Origin: an uncultured Candidatus Binatia bacterium
GTDB lineage: Bacteria; Desulfobacterota; Binatia; UBA9968; JAJDTQ01
Assembly (NCBI GenBank): GCA_964291295.2
Contig: OZ219754.1
Location: 1,280,001 to 1,344,000 of the forward strand
Length of the DNA stretch: 64,000 nt
Direction of reading: 5' to 3'
Positions 18,850 to 33,371 of this stretch are shown in pieces. The stretch's first letter is position 1. The number at the start of each line of letters is the position of its first letter. A model generated the notes under the pieces. It had not been told where the DNA came from. It worked only from the letters and a program-made list of their open reading frames with translations, and did no database searches. Both the position numbers and the translations under genes were made by a program.

Positions 18850-19509
18850 ATGGTGCGAGCCGGACGAACGATACGCGGACTTTTCGGTGGGGTTGTCGTC
18901 TGCACCCTTCTGATGGCAGGTCTTTCGGGCTGTTGGCGGCCCTCGGGCATCGGGGTGGGGGGCAAGTACAACGACGCGCTGAACGAGATGGGCAAGACCC
19001 TGCGTGGCGGGCAGGCCAGGAAGGCCATTGTCGACTTGCAGTATGTGGTCAGCAGGAACCCCCGGTACAAGGACAGCCTGACACAGCTCGGGCGCGCCTA
19101 CTATTACGCGGGCCGGTACGGTGACGCTTTCGACGTAGTGAAGCGGGGCTTGGCGCTGAACAGGGACGACGAGATCGGGTGGCTGGTTCTCGGGCTCACT
19201 CAGATGCAGCGCGGCGACGATGAGGGCGGACTTGCGAGCTTCAAGGGCGGCCTGACCCTGCTGGCCAAGGCCACGCGGGAAGGCTACAGGGACATACCGG
19301 ACGAGTTCTGGGACACCCGGGGGGTGGTACGCAGAGCCTTGCGCCGGAGCATCTCGCTGGCGCGCAAGGGTGTCGGCGAAAAACGCCGAATCATTCAGGC
19401 GGGTGAACTATTGCTCCACCGCGTCGACCGCGAACTCTATGACGCCGAACAGCTTCAGAGCCACAGCGAGTATCTGGACAGCCGGCGCGACCGGGAAAAG
19501 GACAATTAG
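18850..19509 (+). CDS. TPR-containing lipoprotein
   Basis: RBS GGAGG, lipobox LSGC, TPR-like helices (LGRAYYYAGRYGDA). Confidence 0.75.
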   Translation: MVRAGRTIRGLFGGVVVCTLLMAGLSGCWRPSGIGVGGKYNDALNEMGKTLRGGQARKAIVDLQYVVSRNPRYKDSLTQLGRAYYYAGRYGDAFDVVKRGLALNRDDEIGWLVLGLTQMQRGDDEGGLASFKGGLTLLAKATREGYRDIPDEFWDTRGVVRRALRRSISLARKGVGEKRRIIQAGELLLHRVDRELYDAEQLQSHSEYLDSRRDREKDN

Positions 19510-19955
19510 TTCCTGATCCCGGGCCCGCTCCGTTCGACGAGGAGATGGAGGGCCGCGCCCTGTTCGCGCAGCAGGGCGCTCTGTTCGCGCAGAGCGGCGC
19601 CTTGCTCACGAAGCGCCTCGCCTTGCTCACGAAGCGCCTCGCCTTGCCGTTCCAATGCCAGAAGGTTGGCATTCAGCACTTTCATGGTCTCCTCATGGTT
19701 GGCCATGTATTGCTCATGGTTGGCCATGAATTCCGCGTGGCGGCGTTCTTGGGCGGCGACGACTTCGGCGTTCTGCATGTCCCTGCGCTGCATTCCCCGG
19801 TGCATGATCCATAGACCGGAGCCGATGAGCAGACACTGAGCGGTGCCGACACCGGCACTGATCCACAGCCCGGCATACTGATAGGACAGCGCCGTGGCCT
19901 GATAGGCCAGTACCGCGGACTGGTAAGCCAGCGTTGCGGTCTCGAATTCCGTCAT
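19506..19955 (-). CDS. Membrane-anchored heptad-repeat coiled-coil protein
   Basis: TM helix, RRHAEFM motif, 21-bp repeats encoding LREQGEA/LREQGAA; start codon uncertain. Confidence 0.6.
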   Translation of the reverse strand: MTEFETATLAYQSAVLAYQATALSYQYAGLWISAGVGTAQCLLIGSGLWIMHRGMQRRDMQNAEVVAAQERRHAEFMANHEQYMANHEETMKVLNANLLALERQGEALREQGEALREQGAALREQSALLREQGAALHLLVERSGPGIRN

Positions 19956-20090
19956 GATGCGAGCCTTCGCCCTGGTCCCACAACCCGTGCTCCGCCAAGA
20001 TACACTATCGTACATATCGGCAAAAAGCGGAGGCCCTTTAGGTGCCGGAGAAAAATACTAGTTGCCGGGAGGGCCGATTGCAAGATTCGA

Positions 20091-20864
20091 TCACCGGTCC
20101 GGTGGCAACCCGGCCCCCGGACGGCGTTGGAGAAAATGGGGCCTCAGGCTGCCATCCCGCAGCTTGGCGGCGGTTGCCTGCAGCCGCTCCGGCGTACCCA
20201 GGTCGTGCCAGTCGCCGTTGAAGGGGAATCCGCAGAGGGGCTCCTCGCCTGTCAGCATCCGTGGGTACGTCGTGTGCGTGATGCTGAAGGGCTCCGTACC
20301 GTCCATGTACCGGAAGATCCGGGGTTCCACCACATGGACTCCGGTGAACATGTACTGTTCCAGAGGGCCGGCCGGGTGGCCCGGGGCTTCGTGCCGGAGC
20401 AGCCTTCGTATCGTTCCTCTCGCATCCGTCCAGATGGAACCGTAGACAATGGCCCGCGGGTCCTTGCGCAGGACCAGGGTCACCGCCGCCGCGCGCTCGC
20501 GATGAAACCGCAGCACCTGGTCCAGCCGCAGGTCTATCAGCACGTCGCTGTTCATGATCACGAAAGTTTCCCGGCACAGGAACCGCTTGGCGCCCAGCAG
20601 GCCGCCGCCCGTATCCAGCAGCACCGGCTCGCGGGACCAGGCGATGTCGAGGCCAAGGCGGGAGCCGTCTCCCAGATATGCTTCGACCCGCTCGGCATGA
20701 TGGTGGACGTTCACCACGATCTCGCGGATTCCGTAGTGGCGCAACAGCAGCAGCGGGTAGTCGATCATCGGCCTGCCGTTCACCGGCACGAGGCACTTGG
20801 GCAAGGTGTCGGTCAACGGGCGGAGCCGGGTTCCCAGACCGGCGGCGAAGAGCATCGCCTTCAA
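20091..20864 (-). CDS. murU: Sugar-phosphate nucleotidyltransferase, MurU-like
   Basis: KAMLFAAGLGTRLRPLT, LDTGGG, WHDLGTP; TTG start overlaps the amgK stop. Confidence 0.8.
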   Translation of the reverse strand: MKAMLFAAGLGTRLRPLTDTLPKCLVPVNGRPMIDYPLLLLRHYGIREIVVNVHHHAERVEAYLGDGSRLGLDIAWSREPVLLDTGGGLLGAKRFLCRETFVIMNSDVLIDLRLDQVLRFHRERAAAVTLVLRKDPRAIVYGSIWTDARGTIRRLLRHEAPGHPAGPLEQYMFTGVHVVEPRIFRYMDGTEPFSITHTTYPRMLTGEEPLCGFPFNGDWHDLGTPERLQATAAKLRDGSLRPHFLQRRPGAGLPPDR

Positions 20865-21952
20865 GGGATCTCCTCGAAGTGTGCCGCCAGGACCGGCGCC
20901 AGGTGATGGAACCCCGGCGTCCGGCCGAGGTTCCTCCCGATGCGTCTCAACGTGGGGGCGATGTGCCGCGTGTAGGCGGGCTTTCCCTTCACCCGGTCGA
21001 GAAACCGGAAACGGCCCACGACCTTGAAGTCCCGTTGCAGCGCGGACAGCAGGTAGGTCTCCCGGAATTCGTCCCGGGACACCTCGGGCGCCCGCCATTC
21101 CTTCAGGCGCCAAAGATAATAGTCGACGAGCGCGTCTTCCACCTCGGGTGTCACCACCCGGTCCGTCTCCCGGTCGTTCAACAGCGACGCCAGATCGTAC
21201 GGAGCTGGCGCCATCAGCGCATCCTGGAAGTCGATGACCGCGATGGCATCGTCGCACACCATCAGGTTCCAGCTGTGGTAGTCCCGGTGACTGAGCACCC
21301 GCGGCTGCCCGGAAAGATGCCCGGCGATGTTCTCGAAAGCCTTGTCCAGGAGTCCCCGTTCCGCCGCCGGCAGGCTCCCCTTGTTGCCCGCCTCCAGCCC
21401 GTGCTCGATGAAGTGGGCGAACTCCCGGAGATAAAGCCGGCGGTCGAAGGCCTGGTGGAACGCCACGCAGTGGTCGTCCCGGGCCCGGGTTCCGCCAACC
21501 TGCAACACCAGCAGTTCGTCGATGGCCTTGCGGTACCAGCGGATCACTTCCGCTGCCGGTGCCTGCCGCACTTGGTCCCAGAGGCAGAGACCGCCCAGAT
21601 CCTCGAGCAGTATCAGTCCCTGCTCCACCCAGTGGCCGTAGACCGCCGGCACCCTCACCCCGATTGCCTTCAGGAAGCGGTGCACGTTCAGGAACGGCAA
21701 CTCCTCCGGAGGCTTCCCGAACACCGCCAGCTCCTCCGACGCCAGCGGCAGGCCCGGGTCGTTCCAGTGCATCACGATGGCCGAACCCGGCCCTGCCGGC
21801 CCTTTGATGGCGGCCCGGAAATAGCGCCGGGACGAGGCGTCTCCCGCCAGCGCCGCCAGCGCCGTCACCCGCGTGTCCGCGCCGAACACCTCCGCCACCT
21901 TCACCGCCACCGTCTCACCGATCTCCTCCATGGGTTCCATGATGTAGTCCAT
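20861..21952 (-). CDS. amgK: MurNAc/GlcNAc anomeric kinase AmgK (APH family)
   Basis: GDASSRRYFR, LEDLG, HRDYHSWNL, IDFQDA; paired with the murU-like gene. Confidence 0.85.
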   Translation of the reverse strand: MDYIMEPMEEIGETVAVKVAEVFGADTRVTALAALAGDASSRRYFRAAIKGPAGPGSAIVMHWNDPGLPLASEELAVFGKPPEELPFLNVHRFLKAIGVRVPAVYGHWVEQGLILLEDLGGLCLWDQVRQAPAAEVIRWYRKAIDELLVLQVGGTRARDDHCVAFHQAFDRRLYLREFAHFIEHGLEAGNKGSLPAAERGLLDKAFENIAGHLSGQPRVLSHRDYHSWNLMVCDDAIAVIDFQDALMAPAPYDLASLLNDRETDRVVTPEVEDALVDYYLWRLKEWRAPEVSRDEFRETYLLSALQRDFKVVGRFRFLDRVKGKPAYTRHIAPTLRRIGRNLGRTPGFHHLAPVLAAHFEEIP

Positions 21953-22041
21953 CGCCTTGCCGAATTCCAGGAACCTGGCGTTCCCGGCCGAGCCCGCGCG
22001 GCCCGCTTCCTCGCCTCGCGGAAATGTGTTAGTCCCCCTCC

Positions 22042-22899
22042 ATGCCTTTCCGAGTCGGCATGGCGCAGATCAACCCGAAGCTGGGCGACATTGAGGCGAA
22101 CATGGCCCTCTACGAGGCCCGTGTGCGCCAGGCGGCGGGCCAGGACGTGGACCTGCTGGTCTTCCCGGAGTTGAGCCTCACCGGATATTTCCTGCGGGAC
22201 ATGGTGCCCGACGTGGCGGTGCGGCTGTCGAGTCCGGAGATGGAGCGGCTCAAGGCGCTGAGCCGGAATGTGCCGCTGGTGGCCGGACTGGTGCTGGAGA
22301 GCCGCGACCACCGTTTTTACAACGCCGCGGTGTACCTGGAGGACGGCGACGTCGGTCATATCCACCGCAAGGTGTATCTCCCCACCTACGGCATGTTCGA
22401 TGAGCAGCGCTATTTCGCCCGGGGCGACCGCCTGAGGGCGTTCGACACCCGGTACGGCCGGCTCGCGCTGCTCATCTGCGAGGACCTCTGGCATCCATCC
22501 ACCGTCTACCTGGCGGCGCTGGACGGGGCGCTTGCCGTTCTTTGCCCGTCTTCCAGCCCGCTGCGCGGCGTCAGCGACGGCGTCGATCAGGACGATAACG
22601 CCCGTTACTGGGAGCTCATCACCCGGAGTTATGCCGAGACTTACGGTCTCTTCATCATCCACGCCAATCGAGTCGGCTTCGAGGACGGGGTCGGCTTCTG
22701 GGGCGGCTCCCGCGTCCTGGACCCCTTCGGCCGCACGGTGTGCAAGGCGGACTACTACGACGAGGCGTTCGTGGCCGGGGACGTGTCTCACGAGGTGGTG
22801 CGGCGAAAACGCACCCGTGCGCCGTTGATACGCGACGAGGACATGGATCTTACCCTCCGCGAGCTGGATCGCATTCGTCGCGGGCCGACCGGCCGATGA
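22042..22899 (+). CDS. Nitrilase-family C-N hydrolase, probable glutaminase subunit of NAD synthetase
   Basis: E-K-C triad ([23 protein letters not shown]); ATGA-coupled to nadE. Confidence 0.88.
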   Translation: MPFRVGMAQINPKLGDIEANMALYEARVRQAAGQDVDLLVFPELSLTGYFLRDMVPDVAVRLSSPEMERLKALSRNVPLVAGLVLESRDHRFYNAAVYLEDGDVGHIHRKVYLPTYGMFDEQRYFARGDRLRAFDTRYGRLALLICEDLWHPSTVYLAALDGALAVLCPSSSPLRGVSDGVDQDDNARYWELITRSYAETYGLFIIHANRVGFEDGVGFWGGSRVLDPFGRTVCKADYYDEAFVAGDVSHEVVRRKRTRAPLIRDEDMDLTLRELDRIRRGPTGR

Positions 22900-23711
22900 T
22901 CTCCACCAACGTGCCACTGATGCGCCGGATCCTGGTGGCGTTCATCCGGAACGAGGTGCGCAAGGTGGGCCTCGAACGGGTGGTGGTGGGCCTCTCCGGC
23001 GGCGTGGATTCGAGCCTGAGCGCCATGCTGGCGGCCGAGGCCCTGGGCCGGGACCGTGTGCTGGGCATCATGATGCCCTACCGGACCTCCAGCGCCGAGA
23101 GCCTGGAGCACGCCCGGCTGGTGGTGCGGAAGAGCGGTATCCGTTCCGCCACGGTGGAGATCACGCCCCAGATCGACGCCTATTTCGCCGCGTTCCCCGA
23201 TGCCGACCCCAGGCGCCGGGGCAACAAGATGGCCCGGGAACGCATGACCATCCTCTACGACCACTCCGCGCGCTGGGACGCCCTGGTGGCGGGCACCAGC
23301 AACAAGACCGAGCTTCTGCTGGGCTACGGCACCCTGCACGGCGACATGGCCTCCGCGCTGAACCCCCTGGGCGATCTGTACAAGACCCAGGTGTGGGCCT
23401 TGAGCGAGGCCGTCGGTGTACCCGACGAGGTGGTCCGGAAGAAGCCGTCGGCGGATCTCTGGGAAGGGCAGACCGACGAGGCCGAACTGGGCTTCAGCTA
23501 CCGCAAGGTGGACGAACTGCTCTACCTGATGGTGGATCAGCGTTACCGCCGGGCCGAGCTCATCGAGGCGGGCTTTACCCCGGAGTTCGTCGACGACATC
23601 GCCCGGCGCATCAGGACCTCCCAGTTCAAGCGCCGCCTTCCGGTCATCGCCAAGGTGTCGCACCGCACCATCGACCGCGACTTCCGCTATTCCCGGGACT
23701 GGGGCCGGTAG
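22896..23711 (+). CDS. nadE: NAD+ synthetase
   Basis: [27 protein letters not shown]. Confidence 0.95.
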   Translation: MISTNVPLMRRILVAFIRNEVRKVGLERVVVGLSGGVDSSLSAMLAAEALGRDRVLGIMMPYRTSSAESLEHARLVVRKSGIRSATVEITPQIDAYFAAFPDADPRRRGNKMARERMTILYDHSARWDALVAGTSNKTELLLGYGTLHGDMASALNPLGDLYKTQVWALSEAVGVPDEVVRKKPSADLWEGQTDEAELGFSYRKVDELLYLMVDQRYRRAELIEAGFTPEFVDDIARRIRTSQFKRRLPVIAKVSHRTIDRDFRYSRDWGR

Positions 23712-23773
23712 GCCCGCCCGGCGGCGGGCGGACGACCGGACCGCGCCCGCGCCCCGTCCTCATCACCCTGTCC

Positions 23774-24622
23774 TCATGGCCGTTCGGCGACTTCAAGCAC
23801 GAGCTTGTAGATGTCCCGTTTTGCCAGGGGAGAGGTCTGCGCCATGAGCCGGGCCACGTCGCTGACCTTTCGGCCCTCCCGCAGGAGCTTCCCGATCTCG
23901 TCCCGCAACACGGCCTCGCTCATCGGCGGCGCGTCGCCGGCGCCTTCCACCACGATCACGAACTCGCCGCGCGGCTCGTTCTCGCCGATCTCCCCGGCCA
24001 GTCGCGACAGCGTCCCGCGCAGCAGCTCTTCGTGTACCTTGGTCAGTTCCCGACCCACCACCGCGGCGCGGTCTCCCAGGACCGCGTGCATGTCGGCCAG
24101 GGATTCCCGGAGCCGGTGCGGCGCCTCGTAGAACACCACCGTGCGGTCGTCGTCCCGGAGCCGCCGCAGCGTCTCCCGCCGCCGGCTCCGCCTGGCTGGC
24201 AGGAAACCCTGGAACACGAACCGGTCGGTGGCGAGCCCGCATATGCTCAAGGCGGCTGTGGCCGCGGTGGCACCGGGAACCGGCGCGATGCGCACGCCGG
24301 CCGCGGCCGCCGCCCGGATCAGGTGGTAGCCCGGATCCGAGATCGTCGGAGTTCCCGCGTCCGACACCAGCGCGATGTCCTCGCCGGCCTCCAGCCGCCG
24401 CACCAGCGCCGCGGTCCGGGTCCGTTCGTTGCGGTCGTGATAGCGGGTCAGCGGGGTGCGGATGGCGTGCCGGGCCAGCAACTTGCGGGTGTGGCGGGTG
24501 TCTTCCGCGGCGATGAGGTCCACCTCCCGCAGCACGCGCACCGCGCGCAGGGTGATGTCCTCAAGGTTGCCGATGGGTGTGGCGACGACATAGAGCATTC
24601 GTCCAACCGGAATTCCTTCCAC
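23774..24622 (-). CDS. rsmI: 16S rRNA C1402 2'-O-methyltransferase
   Basis: LYVVATPIGNLEDIT, SDAGTP, RELTK. Confidence 0.95.
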   Translation of the reverse strand: MEGIPVGRMLYVVATPIGNLEDITLRAVRVLREVDLIAAEDTRHTRKLLARHAIRTPLTRYHDRNERTRTAALVRRLEAGEDIALVSDAGTPTISDPGYHLIRAAAAAGVRIAPVPGATAATAALSICGLATDRFVFQGFLPARRSRRRETLRRLRDDDRTVVFYEAPHRLRESLADMHAVLGDRAAVVGRELTKVHEELLRGTLSRLAGEIGENEPRGEFVIVVEGAGDAPPMSEAVLRDEIGKLLREGRKVSDVARLMAQTSPLAKRDIYKLVLEVAERP

Positions 24623-24638
24623 TCCCGGGCGGGTGGGA

Positions 24639-26708
<2,070 letters not shown>

Positions 26709-26899
26709 TCATCCCTGCCGGCAAACCGGGTGTGCCGACAGGAAGGCCCGTGCAATGGCTCTCACGTACACTCCGCCAGGGTCCGCAGACATGGCCCGGA
26801 AACCCGGGATGTTGCCGGCGCGGTGCGCTCCCGCCTCCGCGTCACCGTCCTGGAACGTTGACCGGTCCCGCCGCCTGTGGTAGTCAGATTCCGACAGTC

Positions 26900-26997
26900 C
26901 CATCCTGGAATTCCGACAATTCTGACCGGACGTTCCTGACCTGATAATTCTGACCGTACAATTCTGACCGTACAAACCTGACATCTCCATCCTGGAA
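26900..26997 (+). repeat. Degenerate 14-bp tandem array (AATTCTGACCGTAC) bracketed by CCATCCTGGAA direct repeats
   Basis: Units at 26918, 26932, 26946, 26960, 26974; CCATCCTGGAA at 26900 and 26987. Confidence 0.75.
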
Positions 26998-27003
26998 AAT
27001 ACC

Positions 27004-28725
27004 ATGCGCCATCTTCTCCGGGGAATCGTCTGTGTACTGTTTCTCACGGGTTGCGGTCCCGTGGCGACGGTCCCCGGGCTTTCGTCCGGTGTTCGCGGCG
27101 GTGAGAAGACAGTGGCGGTGCCGCCGGAAGCCCGGGCCATGTACCACTATCTGCGGGCCCGGCTGGAACTGCTCGGCGGCGATTCCCGGGCGGCCCACGA
27201 ACACTACCAGGCGGCTGCCGAACACGATCCGTCCAGCGTTTTCATCCGCTTGCGCCTGGCCAGGTCTCATCTCCGCCACGGCGAGATCGACGCCGCCCTG
27301 GGCGAGGCGGAGGCCGCGGTTCGGCTCGATGGCGAGGACCGGGAGAGCCGCCGGCTGCTGGCGGCTCTCAACAGCGCCGCGGGAAAGGTATCGGAGGGGG
27401 TCCGGGAGTACCGGAAGCTGCTGGAAGCCCACCCGGAGGACGCTCCGGCGCTGCTTTATCTGGGTGCGCTCTATCTCGACCAGAAGCGCTACGAGCTTGC
27501 GCGGGAGCAACTGGAGCGGTATGCGAGGCGCAATCCCGGATCGCCGCGGGGTCACTACTACCTGGGCCGCATCCTGGCCGAGTCCGGGAAGCTGGCGGAA
27601 GCGGAAAAGAGCTACGAGGTCGCCCTCGGGCTGCATCCATCGTCCGCACGGGTGTTGACGGAACTGGCACTGGTCCGGGAGTTTCGCGGCCGCCGCCACT
27701 CCGCGCTGGCGACGTACGAGAAGCTGCTCGAGATCGATCCGCGCAGCGCATGGGCCGGGCCGCGCGTCGAGATCCTTCGCTCCGGCGGCCGGGACCTGGC
27801 GGGCGCGCGCGCCGAGTTCGATCGCCTGCGCTGGCGGGAAGCGGCACCGGGCGCGGTCCGGACGACCATGGCTTTGGTCCACTACGAACTCGGCAACCTG
27901 GAGGAGGCGTTGACGGAGTTCAATCTGGTTATTGCGGAAAGGCCCGAAGACCATCGTGCGCGGTTCTTTCTCGGTCTTGCCTACAGCCGTCTGCAGGACT
28001 CCAGGGGGGCGGTGGCGCAGTTCCGGCGCGTCCCCGCGGACAGCGAGTACTTCGTCGATGCCCGAGTGCAGCTCGCCTCGCTCTACGAGCGGCAGGAGAA
28101 GTTTTCCGAGGCTGCGGCCGCGGTCCAGGCGGCCCTCGAACAGGACGACGAGCGGCGCAAGGAGTTGTTGCATCTTCTTGCCGAAATCCACCGCGCGGCC
28201 AAGGACTACCCCAACGCCATCAAGGCCATGCGTACCGTGGTGGATCTGGATCCGGAAAGCGACCGGGCGCACTTTGCGCTGGGAGCGCTCTACGACGAGA
28301 GCAAGGACAAGGACAAGACCATCGAGTACATGAAGAAGGCCATCGAGTTGAATCCGGACTATGCGGCGGCATTGAACTACCTGGGTTACACCTACGCCGA
28401 CATGGGTGTGGAACTCGACCAGGCCGAGCGGCTCATCATCCGCGCACTGGAGATCGCGCCCAACGACGGCTTCTATATCGACAGCCTGGGCTGGGTGTAT
28501 TACCAGAAGGGCGACTACCCGCGGGCCATCGAACAGTTGGAGAACGCGGTCCGCCTGGTGGTGGACGACCCCGTCATCATCGAGCACCTGGGCGACGCCT
28601 ACCTCAAGGACGGCAGGCCGGTCAAGGCGCTGGAGAGCTATCGCGGCGCGCTGAAGGCGGCCAGCGAGGACGAGCAGGTGGAGCGGCTCCGATCGAAGAT
28701 CGCGGATCTCGAACAAGGGATATGA
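27004..28725 (+). CDS. Multi-TPR lipoprotein
   Basis: Lipobox LTGC; many TPRs; ALNYLGYTYAD...IDSLGWVYY...EHLGD C-terminal signature. Confidence 0.88.
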   Translation: MRHLLRGIVCVLFLTGCGPVATVPGLSSGVRGGEKTVAVPPEARAMYHYLRARLELLGGDSRAAHEHYQAAAEHDPSSVFIRLRLARSHLRHGEIDAALGEAEAAVRLDGEDRESRRLLAALNSAAGKVSEGVREYRKLLEAHPEDAPALLYLGALYLDQKRYELAREQLERYARRNPGSPRGHYYLGRILAESGKLAEAEKSYEVALGLHPSSARVLTELALVREFRGRRHSALATYEKLLEIDPRSAWAGPRVEILRSGGRDLAGARAEFDRLRWREAAPGAVRTTMALVHYELGNLEEALTEFNLVIAERPEDHRARFFLGLAYSRLQDSRGAVAQFRRVPADSEYFVDARVQLASLYERQEKFSEAAAAVQAALEQDDERRKELLHLLAEIHRAAKDYPNAIKAMRTVVDLDPESDRAHFALGALYDESKDKDKTIEYMKKAIELNPDYAAALNYLGYTYADMGVELDQAERLIIRALEIAPNDGFYIDSLGWVYYQKGDYPRAIEQLENAVRLVVDDPVIIEHLGDAYLKDGRPVKALESYRGALKAASEDEQVERLRSKIADLEQGI

Positions 28726-29481
28726 TGGAGTTGCGGCAAGAGCGAACCATGACAATGGCGGCGGTTGTCGGGCTGTGCGTTGCCGCCCTGCTGGCGGGTT
28801 GCTCGCTCCCGGAGCCGGCGCCGGCGCCGACTCCGAACCTCCGCCTTCCGCTGCTGCTCGCGGATCGGAACGAGTCGTTCCAGTCCCTGCGCAGCCTGGC
28901 CCGGATCCGCTACCGGACGCACGGGGAGAGGGGCTCGTTCTCCGCCGCGGTGCTGGTGCGCAGGCCCCATCGGCTGCGGCTGGAAGCGTTCTCCGTGGTC
29001 GGCGCGGCGCTGATACTCACGGCCGATGATGTCATGGTCACCGGGTTCCGCCCCTCCGAGGCGCAGTTCTATCGCGCCAGGACGTCCCGGATGAATCTGT
29101 TCCGCGCGACCCGGTTGTTGCTGGAGCTGGACGAACTGTCAGCCTTGATGATGGGCCTTCCGCCGGTGGATTCGACGGCCGCCTGGGACCTCGGAGCACG
29201 GGAGTTGCGGCGCGTCCGCGCCGACGGCAGCACCGACGTTCTCACCTTCGGCCCGGACGAGGCCGCTCCGGTCCGCTGGCAGCACCTGGGCCCGTCGGGC
29301 GAGCCTTGGTACATCGCCACCTTCGAGGATTTCTTCGATGCTCCGGCCGGACGCTTCCCGCTGAGGATCCGGTTGGAGACCCCGCCGCTTCAACGCTCCT
29401 ACGAGATCCGCTACGACAACCCGGAGATCAACATCACCCTGCCCGAGTCCCACTTCGTCCAGGATCTGCCCGAGGGCGCCG

Positions 29482-32208
<2,727 letters not shown>

Positions 32209-32222
32209 GCGGGCGGATGCCT

Positions 32223-33338
32223 TCAGGTTTCCCGGCTCTCGAAGTCGATGCGCGGGTCCACCACCATGTAGGTCAGATCCTCTACCAGCTTCATCCCCAG
32301 CCCCAGCAGGGTGAAGAAATACAGCGTGCCGAACATCACCGGATAGTCGCGGTTGATGGCCGCCTCGAAACCCAGCAGGCCGATGCCGTCCAGCGAAAAG
32401 ATCACCTCGGTGAGGAGGGCGCCGGTGAACAGGATGCCGATGAAGGCGCCGGGGAAGCCGGCGATGACGATGAGCATGGCGTTGCGGAACACGTGGCGGT
32501 ACAGCACCCGCCATTCGCTCAGGCCCTTGGCCCGCGCGGTGGTGACGTACTGTTGGTGGATCTGGTCCAGGAACGAGTTCTTGGTGAGCAGGGTGAGGCC
32601 GGCGAAGCCGCCGATGACCATGGACGCCACCGGCAGCGTGATGTGCCAGAGATAGTCGGTGATGCGCCGCCACAGGCCGAGGTCGCTCCAGTTGTCCGAC
32701 ACCAGGCCGCGCAGCGGGAACCAGTCGAGGTAGCGTCCGCCGGCGAACAGCACGATCAGCAGGATGGCGAACAGGAACCCCGGCACCGCGTTGCCGACGA
32801 TGACCGCCCCGGAGGTCCAGACGTCGAAGCGCGAGCCGTCGCGCACCGCCTTGGCCACGCCCAGGGGGATGGAGACCAGATAGACCAGCAGCGTGGTCCA
32901 GAGCCCCAGGGAGATGGACACCGGCAGCTTGTCCACCACCAGTTGCACCACCGAGCGGTCGCGGAAGAAGCTGTCGCCGAAGTCGAAGCGCAGGAAGTTG
33001 CCCATCATGAGGACGAAGCGCTCGTGGGCGGGCTTGTCGAAGCCGAACTGGCGCTCGATCTCCCGGATGAACTCGGGGTCCACGCCCCGGGCGCCCCGGT
33101 AGCGGCCGGCGGTGCCGCTGCCGGCGTCCCGGGGCTGCCGCGCCGGCGCATCCACCTCCCGTTGGTCGCCGCCGCCGCTGAACCGCTCGGTGGCCGATAC
33201 GTCGGTGCCCTGCAGTTTGGCCAGAAGCTGTTCCACCGGCCCGCCCGGTGCCGAGTGGATGATGACGAAGTTCAGCACCATGATGCCGAACAGCGTCGGA
33301 ACGATGAGCAGCAGGCGGCGCAGGATGTAGGCGAGCAT
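32223..33338 (-). CDS. yejB: Peptide (microcin C-type) ABC permease YejB
   Basis: [31 protein letters not shown]. Confidence 0.92.
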   Translation of the reverse strand: MLAYILRRLLLIVPTLFGIMVLNFVIIHSAPGGPVEQLLAKLQGTDVSATERFSGGGDQREVDAPARQPRDAGSGTAGRYRGARGVDPEFIREIERQFGFDKPAHERFVLMMGNFLRFDFGDSFFRDRSVVQLVVDKLPVSISLGLWTTLLVYLVSIPLGVAKAVRDGSRFDVWTSGAVIVGNAVPGFLFAILLIVLFAGGRYLDWFPLRGLVSDNWSDLGLWRRITDYLWHITLPVASMVIGGFAGLTLLTKNSFLDQIHQQYVTTARAKGLSEWRVLYRHVFRNAMLIVIAGFPGAFIGILFTGALLTEVIFSLDGIGLLGFEAAINRDYPVMFGTLYFFTLLGLGMKLVEDLTYMVVDPRIDFESRET

Positions 33339-33371
33339 GACAGGTGGGTCACCGCGAAACGGGACGCGGCA

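Noticed and set aside
7962-20030. Intact integrative element or prophage at tRNA-Pro
   Set aside because: No attR copy of the tRNA 3' end seen, the recombinase is ~6 kb away, and there are no phage or conjugation genes.
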